Assembly: GCA_963932905.1 (NCBI GenBank)
Contig: CAWVRN010000003.1
Span: 128,001-192,000 of the forward strand
Length of the DNA: 64,000 bases
Source of the DNA: an uncultured Bdellovibrio sp.
GTDB lineage: Bacteria; Bdellovibrionota; Bdellovibrionia; Bdellovibrionales; Bdellovibrionaceae
Direction: 5' to 3'
Position numbers and translations under genes: made by a program. The notes below the pieces were generated by a model. The model was not told the origin of the DNA. It saw only the letters and a program-made list of their open reading frames with translations, and searched no databases. Positions 51,476 through 60,272 of this stretch are shown here, one piece after another. Position 1 is the first letter of the stretch. Each line of letters starts with the position of its first letter.

Positions 51476-52288
51476 ATGAGCGTGTTTGAAATTTCAAGCT
51501 ATAAAGACATCATTAAATATAAAGTCGGATTACTAAAAAAAGTAAACTTTAAATACACTTTTGATTCACTCGCCAAGGCCATTGATGTCCATAAACCTTA
51601 TTTATCGCGTGTCTTGAATCAAAAAGGGGACCTCAGCAGCGATCAAATTTATAAGTGTTCACGCTACCTAAAATTTAGCGATCTAGAGAAACAGTATTTC
51701 GCCTTAGTATACGAAGAAAACATCTCTACTTTGCCCGACAGAAAGTCCATGCTTACAAATGAAATGGATAAGATCCGCAGGAAAGCACTTAAAAGCGATG
51801 TTCTTTATCCTGAAACACCTCAAGATATCGAACGACCAGAAAATTATTTTTTAGATCCTTATCATGCCTTGGTACATATGCATTTACTTATCCCAAAGTA
51901 CAAGAACAATACCGACCTAATTGCTGCAAAACTAAATTTATCAAAGCCTAAAGTGAACGAATACGTAGAAGCTCTACATGACATGCAAATCATTAATAAA
52001 ACTGGCAGCGAAATCAAAATCATGAAGGAGTTTGTTCGTCTGCCCGATAGCTCTCACTTAATGACCTCGTTCAGAAATCTATCAAAATTGAAAGCCCTTG
52101 AAAAAATCACTCAACTCCCGAACGAGGACTATCTCTCTATGCACGTTTTCTTTGTGGCCGATAACTCCGGAAAACAGAAAATCCAGAAATTATTTTTAGA
52201 TTTCCTTAACGAAGCTAAAAAAATAGCAGACAAATCAAAGTGTGAAGACGTTTATCAATTGAATTTTGACTTGTTGAAATGGAGCTAA
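51476..52288 (+). CDS. TIGR02147/DUF4423-family protein (N-terminal XRE-like HTH)
   Basis: LA..I.V..PYLSRVL, L.F...E..YF..LV, C-terminal VYQLN.DL..W. Confidence 0.8.
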   Translation: MSVFEISSYKDIIKYKVGLLKKVNFKYTFDSLAKAIDVHKPYLSRVLNQKGDLSSDQIYKCSRYLKFSDLEKQYFALVYEENISTLPDRKSMLTNEMDKIRRKALKSDVLYPETPQDIERPENYFLDPYHALVHMHLLIPKYKNNTDLIAAKLNLSKPKVNEYVEALHDMQIINKTGSEIKIMKEFVRLPDSSHLMTSFRNLSKLKALEKITQLPNEDYLSMHVFFVADNSGKQKIQKLFLDFLNEAKKIADKSKCEDVYQLNFDLLKWS

Positions 52289-52293
52289 GCAGC

Positions 52294-52324
52294 ACCTCTT
52301 CCACGTCAAGGAAGTGGGCTACCA
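52294..52324 (-). repeat. tRNA-Val(GAC) fragment (D-loop to variable loop), att-like site
   Basis: acctcttccacgtcaaggaagtgggctacca; homologous to the longer copies. Confidence 0.8.
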
Positions 52325-52407
52325 AATAGCGCCCTTTGCAATTAAAACCATTTTGAGCTTATAAAATCTAAAGTCCTCCGTTGTAGATTCTGTCTTTTTG
52401 TCATAAT

Positions 52408-52632
52408 ATGGCAGAAAGCGATACTAAGGTTTGTATGGAAGTATATATAAAAGAATCTCTAAATTCAGTTTTAGCAAATACGGATCACGACTTAATTGAC
52501 TTTAATCTTTCGCTTTCTTATGAAGAACGACTGTTAAATCATCAGCGCTCACTAGACACAATAAACGAATTACTAAAGGCACGAGTACAAATTTATGGAG
52601 AATCTGAATCTTCTACTCAAACGCCTTCTTGA
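52408..52632 (+). CDS. Small partner protein, putative antitoxin
   Basis: D..LI..NL.LS.EERL motif; overlaps the start of the NTase gene. Confidence 0.65.
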   Translation: MAESDTKVCMEVYIKESLNSVLANTDHDLIDFNLSLSYEERLLNHQRSLDTINELLKARVQIYGESESSTQTPS

Positions 52633-53518
52633 TGCCAAAATCGACTTTGTACTGATTGGCGGATATGCCGCCGTTGTACATGGAGCATCCCAGGTCACTC
52701 ACGATCTGGATATTTGCGCCGTTATTACAGAAGAACAACTTGTAAAACTAAAAGCGGCACTCAAGGGACTAGATCCTAAACACAGAATGAATCCTTCGGC
52801 TCAATTATCTTTGGACGATTTCCCAGCCGAAGGAAAGACCATAGACAACTACTATCTAAGAACTACAGCAGGAGTTTTGGATATCTTAAAAGAAGTTTCA
52901 ATTGTCGGAGATTTTGAAAAGTTAAAATCTAATGCCAATACAGTGAAAATTTTTGGTCACGAATGCAAAGTGATTTCACTCGATGATTTAATTACAGTAA
53001 AGAAATCAATGACTCGTCCAAAAGACAAAAGTGTTTTGGATGAGCTTTTGACAGTTAAGCAAAAGCTTTCAATAGATAGCGAGAGTTTTCTGAAAACTAT
53101 AAAAGCAAATAGTATCAGCTTTTCAGCAGTTAAAGTTATTGATGAAAATCACTTTGAATCTCGCGTAATTTTCAAAGATTCAAAAAACGAGTCCCTTAAT
53201 TTTGAAGTTGCAATATCCAAAGAAGATTTACGGAATTTTGCAGAAAGACTAAAATCCTTCCCAAAAGACAGTCACGACTATTTAGAAGTCATACTGAAGT
53301 CACTTAAATCTGAAAAAATTGGTTTATCCGTAAAAGTAGTAGATTCAAGCGGAAGATGCGAATTCAAATTAGAGCTAAAAGAAGTTAAAAAAATTGAACT
53401 AGGAATGAAATTCTCAAACACTATTTTAGCAGAACCTTTAAAACTTAATAAGTTAGGCCAATCAATAGAAAGTTGGCTCAATCATCCTTCGGGGAACTTC
53501 TTATTTTCCCTAAAATAA
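52595..53518 (+). CDS. Nucleotidyltransferase (DUF6036/AbiEii-like) with extra ~150-aa C-terminal domain
   Basis: FVLIGG.A...HG....T.DLDI; L...K....RPKD ends the typical domain near residue 155. Confidence 0.8.
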   Translation: MENLNLLLKRLLDAKIDFVLIGGYAAVVHGASQVTHDLDICAVITEEQLVKLKAALKGLDPKHRMNPSAQLSLDDFPAEGKTIDNYYLRTTAGVLDILKEVSIVGDFEKLKSNANTVKIFGHECKVISLDDLITVKKSMTRPKDKSVLDELLTVKQKLSIDSESFLKTIKANSISFSAVKVIDENHFESRVIFKDSKNESLNFEVAISKEDLRNFAERLKSFPKDSHDYLEVILKSLKSEKIGLSVKVVDSSGRCEFKLELKEVKKIELGMKFSNTILAEPLKLNKLGQSIESWLNHPSGNFLFSLK

Positions 53519-53566
53519 AAGGCGCAGCTAAAAGCCAGCAAGAACAAAAACGACGAGACAAGCAAA

Positions 53567-53694
53567 CCAATTCTTCCTAAAATTTCAAAATGCGAGGCGC
53601 CCGAGGACTTCGCGCGGAGGCGTGGCCCGTCCACGCCGCACAAGCGAGGTCCGAAGAGGCAACGAAGTCAGTTTGGAATTTTAGGAAGAATTGG
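53567..53694 (+). ncRNA. Structured hairpin element, copy A (unknown family)
   Basis: 23-bp outer stem with one G.T pair; nested stems ggacttcgc/gcgaggtcc and ggcgtgg/ccacgcc; covaries with copy B. Confidence 0.65.
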
Positions 53695-53751
53695 TGCGAA
53701 TAACTGGACTCGAACCAGTACCCACTTCCATGTCAAGGAAGTGGGCTACCA
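53692..53751 (-). repeat. tRNA-Val(GAC) 3' fragment, 60 nt, D-loop to CCA, att-like
   Basis: Minus strand TGGTAG...CTTCC TTGACAT GGAAG...ACTGG TTCGAGT CCAGT TATTCGC A CCA; no D-stem partner upstream. Confidence 0.9.
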
Positions 53752-53803
53752 GAAACTGGACTATATTGACCAATATTTGGTTGATATCGACCAGTTTCTG
53801 GTA
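53747..53803. promoter_or_regulatory. Operator palindrome over the promoter of the wHTH gene
   Basis: 13-bp perfect IR taccagaaactgg/ccagtttctggta plus inner imperfect IR; TTGATA-18-TATGAT before ATG 53817. Confidence 0.65.
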
Positions 53804-53816
53804 ATATGATAAATCC

Positions 53817-54149
53817 ATGCTAGAAGGAATATTCGGAAACAAAACCGCGGAAAAAGTACTACTTCATATTTTTCACTATGGAGAATCTCATGCATCGGCT
53901 ATTGCTGGTGATTTTAAAATGGCCCACAACCCTATTATTCAACAACTTAATCGTTTTGAGTTAGCGGGAATCTTAATTTCAAAAGAAATGGGTCGATCTC
54001 GAGTTTATTCATTTAATCCCAAATCACCTCTCTTAAAACCAGTGAAAGAACTTATAGAAATTGCGTACGAATCCATATCAATCTCTGAACGCCAAAAAAT
54101 ATTTCAAGTCCGTCGCCGTCCGCGCCGCAAAGGCAAGCCGGTTCAATGA
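53817..54149 (+). CDS. Winged-helix protein, putative antitoxin/regulator
   Basis: FG.KTA.KVLL, QL..E..G.L.S...GR.RVY.FNP; ATGA overlap with next gene. Confidence 0.8.
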   Translation: MLEGIFGNKTAEKVLLHIFHYGESHASAIAGDFKMAHNPIIQQLNRFELAGILISKEMGRSRVYSFNPKSPLLKPVKELIEIAYESISISERQKIFQVRRRPRRKGKPVQ

Positions 54150-54685
54150 AGGAACCTAATTGGAAAACCGCCACTGAAGAAAAAGTATGGCAATACGTGG
54201 GCTGGCATTTAGCCAAAAACGGAATTGAGACAATACTTGTCGGCGGCGCTGTCGCTGCAATTTATTCCGAAGGAATTTACAAATCAGGAGATTTAGATTT
54301 TGTTCTAAAAACATATATCGAAAACAAACTCACTGAAGCAATGGAGTCGATAGGTTTTCAAAGGCCTACTGGTCGACACTACGTTCACCCAGAATGCAGT
54401 ATTTTTATAGAGTTCATGCATGGACCGGTGGGTATAGGTGATGACGTAAAAATTAAGCCTGATGCAAAAACGATCGAAGGACAAAAACTATATATTTATT
54501 CTCCTACAGATTGCATACGCGATCGCCTAGCCTCTTATATTCATTTCAAAGCACGTGAATGTTTAGACCAGGCCGCACTCGTTGCTAAAAAATTTCCTTT
54601 TAATCAAAAGAAAGTAAAAGACTGGTGCGCTTCCGAAGGAGCTCCGCACGCTTTCGATGACTTAATGAAAAAAATTAAAAATTAA
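54146..54685 (+). CDS. Nucleotidyltransferase-fold protein, putative toxin
   Basis: LVGGA.A.IY..G.Y.SGDLDF; SPTD...DRL. Confidence 0.75.
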   Translation: MKEPNWKTATEEKVWQYVGWHLAKNGIETILVGGAVAAIYSEGIYKSGDLDFVLKTYIENKLTEAMESIGFQRPTGRHYVHPECSIFIEFMHGPVGIGDDVKIKPDAKTIEGQKLYIYSPTDCIRDRLASYIHFKARECLDQAALVAKKFPFNQKKVKDWCASEGAPHAFDDLMKKIKN

Positions 54686-54752
54686 GTCCCGCACAATCTA
54701 CAACTATTGGTAAATCAGGTAAGGGATCAAGACCTAACTTCTACAACTAAAC

Positions 54753-55358
54753 TCAGTCGATATGCTGACAACCTGCGCTTGTTATTCCAGAGCCAAGCAA
54801 AAGATTGGGTTTTAAAACGCCAGTTTTTAAAGCGTTCTTAATATCCTCACGAAACTGAGCCCAAAACTTGTCATTAATTGTCCATGGAAAATCATGTCTG
54901 ACTACAAAGTCGTGCGCCCCAAACAAAGCCATTAATACATTTCTGGCCTCAGTCGTTAGTTGTCCTCTTTCATCATAGGGGATTAACTTCCCGTCGGTTA
55001 CCGCAAATTTGATTGCGGCACCTCCTGAATAATCTTTTGTTCTCTTTAGAAGAAAACTATCGAAATTCAGCAGCTGAAATACCTTGCCTCGCTCAGGATC
55101 CTGCATTTCTTTGTCTAAACGCGTATCCATCTGATAGAGTTCTCCGAATTCATCCTTTTGCAAGCCCGCCGAGAAAATGTAATCCGCAATTGAAAACCCA
55201 TTCTGATTGGGGTTTTCAAGCGGTATTTCAATAATTTTTTTTACGTCTAGTTTTCTATCAGCAAAATAAATTCCTACTTCGCAATTCATTGTTCCTGAAT
55301 AAGCAGAACATGCAAAAAAGGAAGTAAGTAGGATTAAAATCTTATTATGCGCTTTCAT
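54753..55358 (-). CDS. Secreted hypothetical protein
   Basis: AGGAG RBS, signal peptide MKAHNK...AYS. Confidence 0.7.
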   Translation of the reverse strand: MKAHNKILILLTSFFACSAYSGTMNCEVGIYFADRKLDVKKIIEIPLENPNQNGFSIADYIFSAGLQKDEFGELYQMDTRLDKEMQDPERGKVFQLLNFDSFLLKRTKDYSGGAAIKFAVTDGKLIPYDERGQLTTEARNVLMALFGAHDFVVRHDFPWTINDKFWAQFREDIKNALKTGVLKPNLLLGSGITSAGCQHID

Positions 55359-55366
55359 GGAATCTC

Positions 55367-55768
55367 CTAGTTGCATTCAATTCTGCTTTTACTGCCGTCA
55401 TTTTCTAGCACATCCATGTAAAATAATTTTCCCCAACTATGAATTGATAATTTTCTATACTTAATGGCAGCACCCGTCTTTGGGTTGTACTCATAAATTT
55501 CAATGCCTTCCAAATCAGCGCCCTCCGAATGAGATTTAAATTCCAAATTTACAGACTCTTTTAGAGTCGCTCCCTCTAACTCGTAGCGATTTTCAAAGTG
55601 AATAATACCTCTGCCAAATCCAACCGCATATTTATACTGCAGCAAAGAGTAAGGTCCGCACTGGGCTACCTTTTTGGATTCAAATCCAGCGTCCGAAGTA
55701 GCCATGGCCTCTGAAAGAAGTGAAATAAGTAATGTTAAAACAAGTGTATTTAAAATTTTCATAGTCAT
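55367..55768 (-). CDS. Secreted hypothetical protein
   Basis: GAGG RBS, signal peptide, Cys near both ends. Confidence 0.7.
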   Translation of the reverse strand: MTMKILNTLVLTLLISLLSEAMATSDAGFESKKVAQCGPYSLLQYKYAVGFGRGIIHFENRYELEGATLKESVNLEFKSHSEGADLEGIEIYEYNPKTGAAIKYRKLSIHSWGKLFYMDVLENDGSKSRIECN

Positions 55769-55774
55769 ATCCTC

Positions 55775-56209
55775 CTATTTGATCGTCACGCAAAAATCTT
55801 TTTTTGTTCCATCGCCAACATAGGCACTTAACAACGCGTTGGCTCCTTCACTGCAATAGCTGGTGGTATAGGATAAATTCGATCCAGTGCTGTTGCGCCC
55901 AATTACGATTAGATTTTGATCATTATATTTTTGAGTAGTAGGGTTTAAATTTAAACTATAGAAGAAATATTTTTTTGGTTTTGTTACGTAAGCGAAAATT
56001 TTTCCATCTTCCAAAGTCGCCTCGCCAATATCTTCACCTTCGATTAACATTTCGCTAATACCTGTCTTATTTAACGAAACTTGAATTTTCTTTGTCAGAA
56101 CAGCATTAAGTTCACGATCATAGCCCGTGTTGATCTGGCCCGATTTCACGACGGGTGCGGCACTGGCCATAGCACTTATGACGGTTAATAAAACGGTAAA
56201 GCTTTTCAT
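55775..56209 (-). CDS. Secreted hypothetical protein
   Basis: AAGGAG RBS, signal peptide ending ASA. Confidence 0.75.
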   Translation of the reverse strand: MKSFTVLLTVISAMASAAPVVKSGQINTGYDRELNAVLTKKIQVSLNKTGISEMLIEGEDIGEATLEDGKIFAYVTKPKKYFFYSLNLNPTTQKYNDQNLIVIGRNSTGSNLSYTTSYCSEGANALLSAYVGDGTKKDFCVTIK

Positions 56210-56345
56210 AAAAACTCCTTTATTGGTTGATGACGCGAAGATAATTCATTGCGTTAATCGCTTCTAGATTAAATTGGTACAAAAGTTTACATTTTCAGTA
56301 CTTTTAGTTCATTATTTTCATTAAATAACCGATTATATTGATATA

Positions 56346-57149
56346 ATGAGTATTTTTAAATATCAGAATTTTCGCAAATACTTGAAGTCTGTCCAGGATG
56401 AACTACCTAAGAAGGGCCGCGGTACGATTACCCTATGGGCTTCTATTATCCAATCTACACCCACTCTAGTGAGCCAGATTTTAATAGGTAACAAGTCAAT
56501 GAGTTTAGAAATGGTCGATCGCCTATCGACTCATTTGGAGCTGTCTGAGAAAGAAAAAGACTACTTTATCTTGCTTGTAGAATTTGATCGCGCGGGTACA
56601 AAATCTTTAAAAGATTACTTCCTTAAGAAGATAGTGATTATGCAGGATGAATCACGCTATTTGAAAAATCAAATTAAAGGTATTACTGAACTACCGGCCG
56701 AGGTAAAAGCCATCTACTACTCACAGTGGGTGTATGCCGGTATTAGAAACCTCGTCGCCTGTGCTAAAATTGCGAATGCTGAAACGATCGCTGAGGAACT
56801 GAATCTTCCTAGGGAAACTATCTCTAATGTGATCGATTTTCTTGTGAAACATCAACTTATAGTTCCTGCAAAGAAAGGATGGGCTCCTGGTCCGCAAAGT
56901 ACGTTTGTTCCCGCCGACTCCCCGTTAGTTTACAAGCACCATCAGAATTGGAGGCTTAAAGGTATTCAACAAATGGATCTACAATCCAAAGAAGATTTGT
57001 TTTACACTTCACCAATGTCACTTTCGGCAGACTTAGCGAAAGAACTGCGCAGCCGTATCGTAAAGGTTATTCAAGACTTTCAAAAAGACATCGGCCCGTC
57101 AGAATCAGAAGTCGTTCGTTGCCTAAATATTGACTGGTTTGAATACTAG
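56346..57149 (+). CDS. TIGR02147/DUF4423-family protein
   Basis: IF.Y..FR.YL, E.DYF.LLV...RAG, YYS.W.Y..I, H.NWR, V..LNID.F; paralogue of 51476. Confidence 0.85.
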   Translation: MSIFKYQNFRKYLKSVQDELPKKGRGTITLWASIIQSTPTLVSQILIGNKSMSLEMVDRLSTHLELSEKEKDYFILLVEFDRAGTKSLKDYFLKKIVIMQDESRYLKNQIKGITELPAEVKAIYYSQWVYAGIRNLVACAKIANAETIAEELNLPRETISNVIDFLVKHQLIVPAKKGWAPGPQSTFVPADSPLVYKHHQNWRLKGIQQMDLQSKEDLFYTSPMSLSADLAKELRSRIVKVIQDFQKDIGPSESEVVRCLNIDWFEY

Positions 57150-57181
57150 GTTTTGGCCAACCATTTGCTATTTTATAGGGT

Positions 57182-58528
57182 ATGACGAAGACTACCCCCA
57201 ACCTATTGATTCCTATAGCATTTACGGTGTATTTCGTCGCATTTTTAGTCGCCTGTCAGCCTAAAAAAGATACTTCGCCTACAGCTTCACCCGCCCCTAC
57301 GAGCCCTCCGGGTCCGAGCGTTCCCGATTCCAAGGGTACGTCCGATCAAGGTGGAGGGGGAAATTTGATTAACGGCAAGCCTCTAGAGTTCTACAAAAAA
57401 GATATTACTCAGTTACCTGAGTATATAAAATTCGTAGATCCCATCGACAAAAAATTAAATGATATCCGTGAAGACAATCAAGCCGACAACGGAGTGACGT
57501 ACTTGGCAACCGCTGCCAAAAGAAAAACGTGGTACATAGTGCCGGTAAAACTTGAAGAGTTAGAAGCTGCGCGCATCGGCACCAATTTTAAATCGGATCA
57601 GGGCGCCTACCAAACAGAAAAAGAAATCTTTATTTCAGAACTTATATACAAAGATATGGACGAGGAACACAAAGCCCAATTACTTCTACATGAAACGGTA
57701 ATGGCTTTTTACTTGGTTAAATATGAAGACGGCCGTTTCTACTGTGAGGCATTCAAAAAAGCGAGCGTCCGTGAAAATTGTTTAAATAGTTTTACTGATA
57801 TGTCGGCTAAAACGGAATTTAAGCCTGCGCAAAGAAACGGAAAGTTTTTGGATCCGGAAGAATATGAAAGCATTCGCCATGTCACAGAATGGCTTTTTAA
57901 TGGATACAAAGCACTAACAAAATTAAAATTCGAAGAGAAAATGTTTGAAAAGAAATTTGATCCACGCGTATTCAACAATCGAAATATAGTTGATCGTCAA
58001 CAAAACCAGCCTACGGAAATGCAGACCAACGATATCTTAAAAATTCTCGAAACTCAGCAACTTACAAATCAATCCCTTACATACTGCGGATTTGATTTCA
58101 GCGCAAAAACTCCGACAGCTAGGCGTACATGCAAAATCGTCTACAACGTCAAAGATAAACTTTTAAATATGACAATTCAATCGGATGACGGAAAAACAGA
58201 ATCGATAGATTTTAATATCTACCCGACTATATTTGCTGCAAAAGTTGGTTTTAAAAATGGACTAACCTTATTCAACGTAAGATTCCAAGAAGCAGTACGT
58301 TCTGAGCACGGTAAATCATTCAGAACACTAATGTTTTGGTTACAGCATTCTACATCTACAGAATTCAATATTAAAGCCATCCGAATTCAAAAAAGCATGT
58401 GGATCAAACAAGATGAATCCGGAAATTCTCTTCGTTCCGAAGAAGTAAACCAAATTCCAGAAGAGGATATGTATAGACTCATTTACGGGGCTAAAGAAAC
58501 TGATATTTCTTTCGATGATTTAAACTAA
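57182..58528 (+). CDS. Lipoprotein with GT.D.GGGG motif and HExxM zincin-like motif
   Basis: Lipobox LVAC, Pro-rich linker, GTSDQGGGG, QLLLHETVM. Confidence 0.7.
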   Translation: MTKTTPNLLIPIAFTVYFVAFLVACQPKKDTSPTASPAPTSPPGPSVPDSKGTSDQGGGGNLINGKPLEFYKKDITQLPEYIKFVDPIDKKLNDIREDNQADNGVTYLATAAKRKTWYIVPVKLEELEAARIGTNFKSDQGAYQTEKEIFISELIYKDMDEEHKAQLLLHETVMAFYLVKYEDGRFYCEAFKKASVRENCLNSFTDMSAKTEFKPAQRNGKFLDPEEYESIRHVTEWLFNGYKALTKLKFEEKMFEKKFDPRVFNNRNIVDRQQNQPTEMQTNDILKILETQQLTNQSLTYCGFDFSAKTPTARRTCKIVYNVKDKLLNMTIQSDDGKTESIDFNIYPTIFAAKVGFKNGLTLFNVRFQEAVRSEHGKSFRTLMFWLQHSTSTEFNIKAIRIQKSMWIKQDESGNSLRSEEVNQIPEEDMYRLIYGAKETDISFDDLN

Positions 58529-58558
58529 AAAAAGAGAAAAGAACGGAAGAATCAGAAC

Positions 58559-58618
58559 TGTTGATCTGTAGTGAACTCGAACCACTGACCTCGTCGATGT
58601 CAAGGACGCGCGCTACCA
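58559..58618 (-). repeat. Divergent tRNA-Val(GAC) 3' fragment, 60 nt, att-like
   Basis: Minus strand TGGTAGCGCG CGTCC TTGACAT CGACG AGGTC AGTGG TTCGAGT TCACT...; same endpoints as the other copies. Confidence 0.8.
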
Positions 58619-58879
58619 AGATATAACTCATCCCAATTTGGACAGCAAAGCCTACAAACTTAACAGAGGCCGTTCCGAAACCTAGGGTCATAGTGACCGT
58701 AAGCTAGGATGAAAATTCGACAAGAATTGGAGACAATCGTCTCTTTAGCCAAATTCAGTACAGTTCAAATCATCTAAGAATTACAGCATCATAGGGGTTT
58801 TTCTCGCATTTTTGTACTGGGTTTAGTCAAAAAAAAGGGCGAATTAGTGTTGGCATAGCTTGCAGAATTTTTTATACAG

Positions 58880-59830
58880 ATGAAAGATTTAGGATTTAAA
58901 TTTTTAATATTCGTTTTAGTAGGACTAGCTCCTCACTTTGTTAATGCTCAAGCTTGCTTAAAGTTTTACAGCAGGTCGAATATTAAATCTGTACCTATGA
59001 AAATTGTGAATGACTTGTTTGCTGGATCCATTGACGGCTATTATGGTGAAACAAAAGCAGTTCTTGTGAATGCCTCCTTGGTATCAAGAAGGAATATTTC
59101 TGAGATCAATTCCTTATTTAATCAAACCCCTAATGGATACTATGGCCCAACGAAAGCATCGCTTGTGTACACATCGATTGTCTCTGGAAAACCAATTTCC
59201 GAACTGAACGCCATGTTTAATAAAACCACCGATGGCTATTATGGTGAAACAAAAGCAGCACTTGTGCATGCTGCTGCCGTCTCTGGAAAGCCAATTTCAG
59301 AAATCATCGATTTATTTAATCAAACCCCTAATGGATACTATGGCCCAACGAAAGCATCGCTTGTGTACACATCGATTGTCTCTGGAAAACCAATTTCCGA
59401 ACTGAACGCCATGTTTAATAAAACCACCGATGGCTATTATGGTGAAACAAAAGCAGCACTTGTGCATGCTGCTGCCGTCTCTGGAAAGCCAATTTCAGAA
59501 ATCATCGATTTATTTAATCAAACCCCTAATGGTTATTACGGTGAAACAAAGGCGTTACTCGTATACTCGGTGGTGGCCTCGGGAAAACCGATTTCGGAAA
59601 TCATCGATTTGTTTAATCAAACCCCTAACGGTTATTACGGTGAAACAAAGGCGTTACTCGTCTATGCTTCGATCGCTTCAGGAAAACCGGTTTCCCAGAT
59701 CAATGCTTTATTTAATCAAACCCCTAATGGTTATTACGGGCCGACAAAAGCATTGCTTGTCCTAAGCTCATTGGGTCTAAAAATTCCATTTGAACATCTT
59801 TTAATTGTCCTAAATCTTAAAAAGAAATAA
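58880..59830 (+). CDS. Secreted protein with eight 33-aa GYYG repeats
   Basis: Signal peptide; FNQTPNGYYG[EP]TKA.LV...SGKPISEI..L units; exact 198-bp DNA period 59114-59532. Confidence 0.85.
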   Translation: MKDLGFKFLIFVLVGLAPHFVNAQACLKFYSRSNIKSVPMKIVNDLFAGSIDGYYGETKAVLVNASLVSRRNISEINSLFNQTPNGYYGPTKASLVYTSIVSGKPISELNAMFNKTTDGYYGETKAALVHAAAVSGKPISEIIDLFNQTPNGYYGPTKASLVYTSIVSGKPISELNAMFNKTTDGYYGETKAALVHAAAVSGKPISEIIDLFNQTPNGYYGETKALLVYSVVASGKPISEIIDLFNQTPNGYYGETKALLVYASIASGKPVSQINALFNQTPNGYYGPTKALLVLSSLGLKIPFEHLLIVLNLKKK

Positions 59831-60139
59831 GCCAGATGGGTTTTGATGTTTTCCCTTCCCAATGAAATTTCGGACTTGTGAACGCTGGATCAAATGCACA
59901 AGAACTAGTTAACAAAATGCTCAAAGAACATTCTGTCGCCCTTCTAGGGTGATCTCATTACGGACTACCAAACCACATCAGAATTTCTGTAGGTTTACCA
60001 GAAACAAATCGGACAGTTTTATCACAACTCAAAATTCAATTCCAAAAGATAAACACTCAATCCTGTTAGAAATTTTACGCAAAACAACAAAGAGCGCAGC
60101 CAAAGGCCAGCCAGAAAAAAGAACGACGATCCAAGCACA

Positions 60140-60269
60140 CTTAAACTTCCTAATAGATCAAAATGCACGGCGGACCGATTTCAAAAGCGCGGAGGCGTGC
60201 TCAATGCACGTCGCAGCGATTTTGGAATCGAGGCCAACGCAGTCAGTTTGATCTATTAGGAAGTTTAAG
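60140..60269 (+). ncRNA. Structured hairpin element, copy B
   Basis: Perfect 23-bp outer stem cttaaacttcctaatagatcaaa; nested cgatttcaaaa/ttttggaatcg and ggcgtgc/gcacgtc. Confidence 0.65.
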
Positions 60270-60272
60270 AAT

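Noticed and set aside
53692..53770. Possible full-length functional tRNA-Val
   Set aside because: Minus-strand GTCAATA pairs only partly with the acceptor strand, no D-stem forms, and that sequence belongs to the operator palindrome; the 60273 copy also lacks a 5' strand
59033..59760. CRISPR-like or non-coding repeat array
   Set aside because: Repeats are 99-bp in-frame coding units without unique spacers; no cas genes
59949..60251. 100-aa ORF
   Set aside because: Runs through the conserved hairpin, which shows stem covariation; no clear RBS or recognisable motifs
53567..60269. Classical integron attC sites
   Set aside because: Hairpins lack RYYYAAC/GTTRRRY ends and no intI is present; only a functional analogy is proposed
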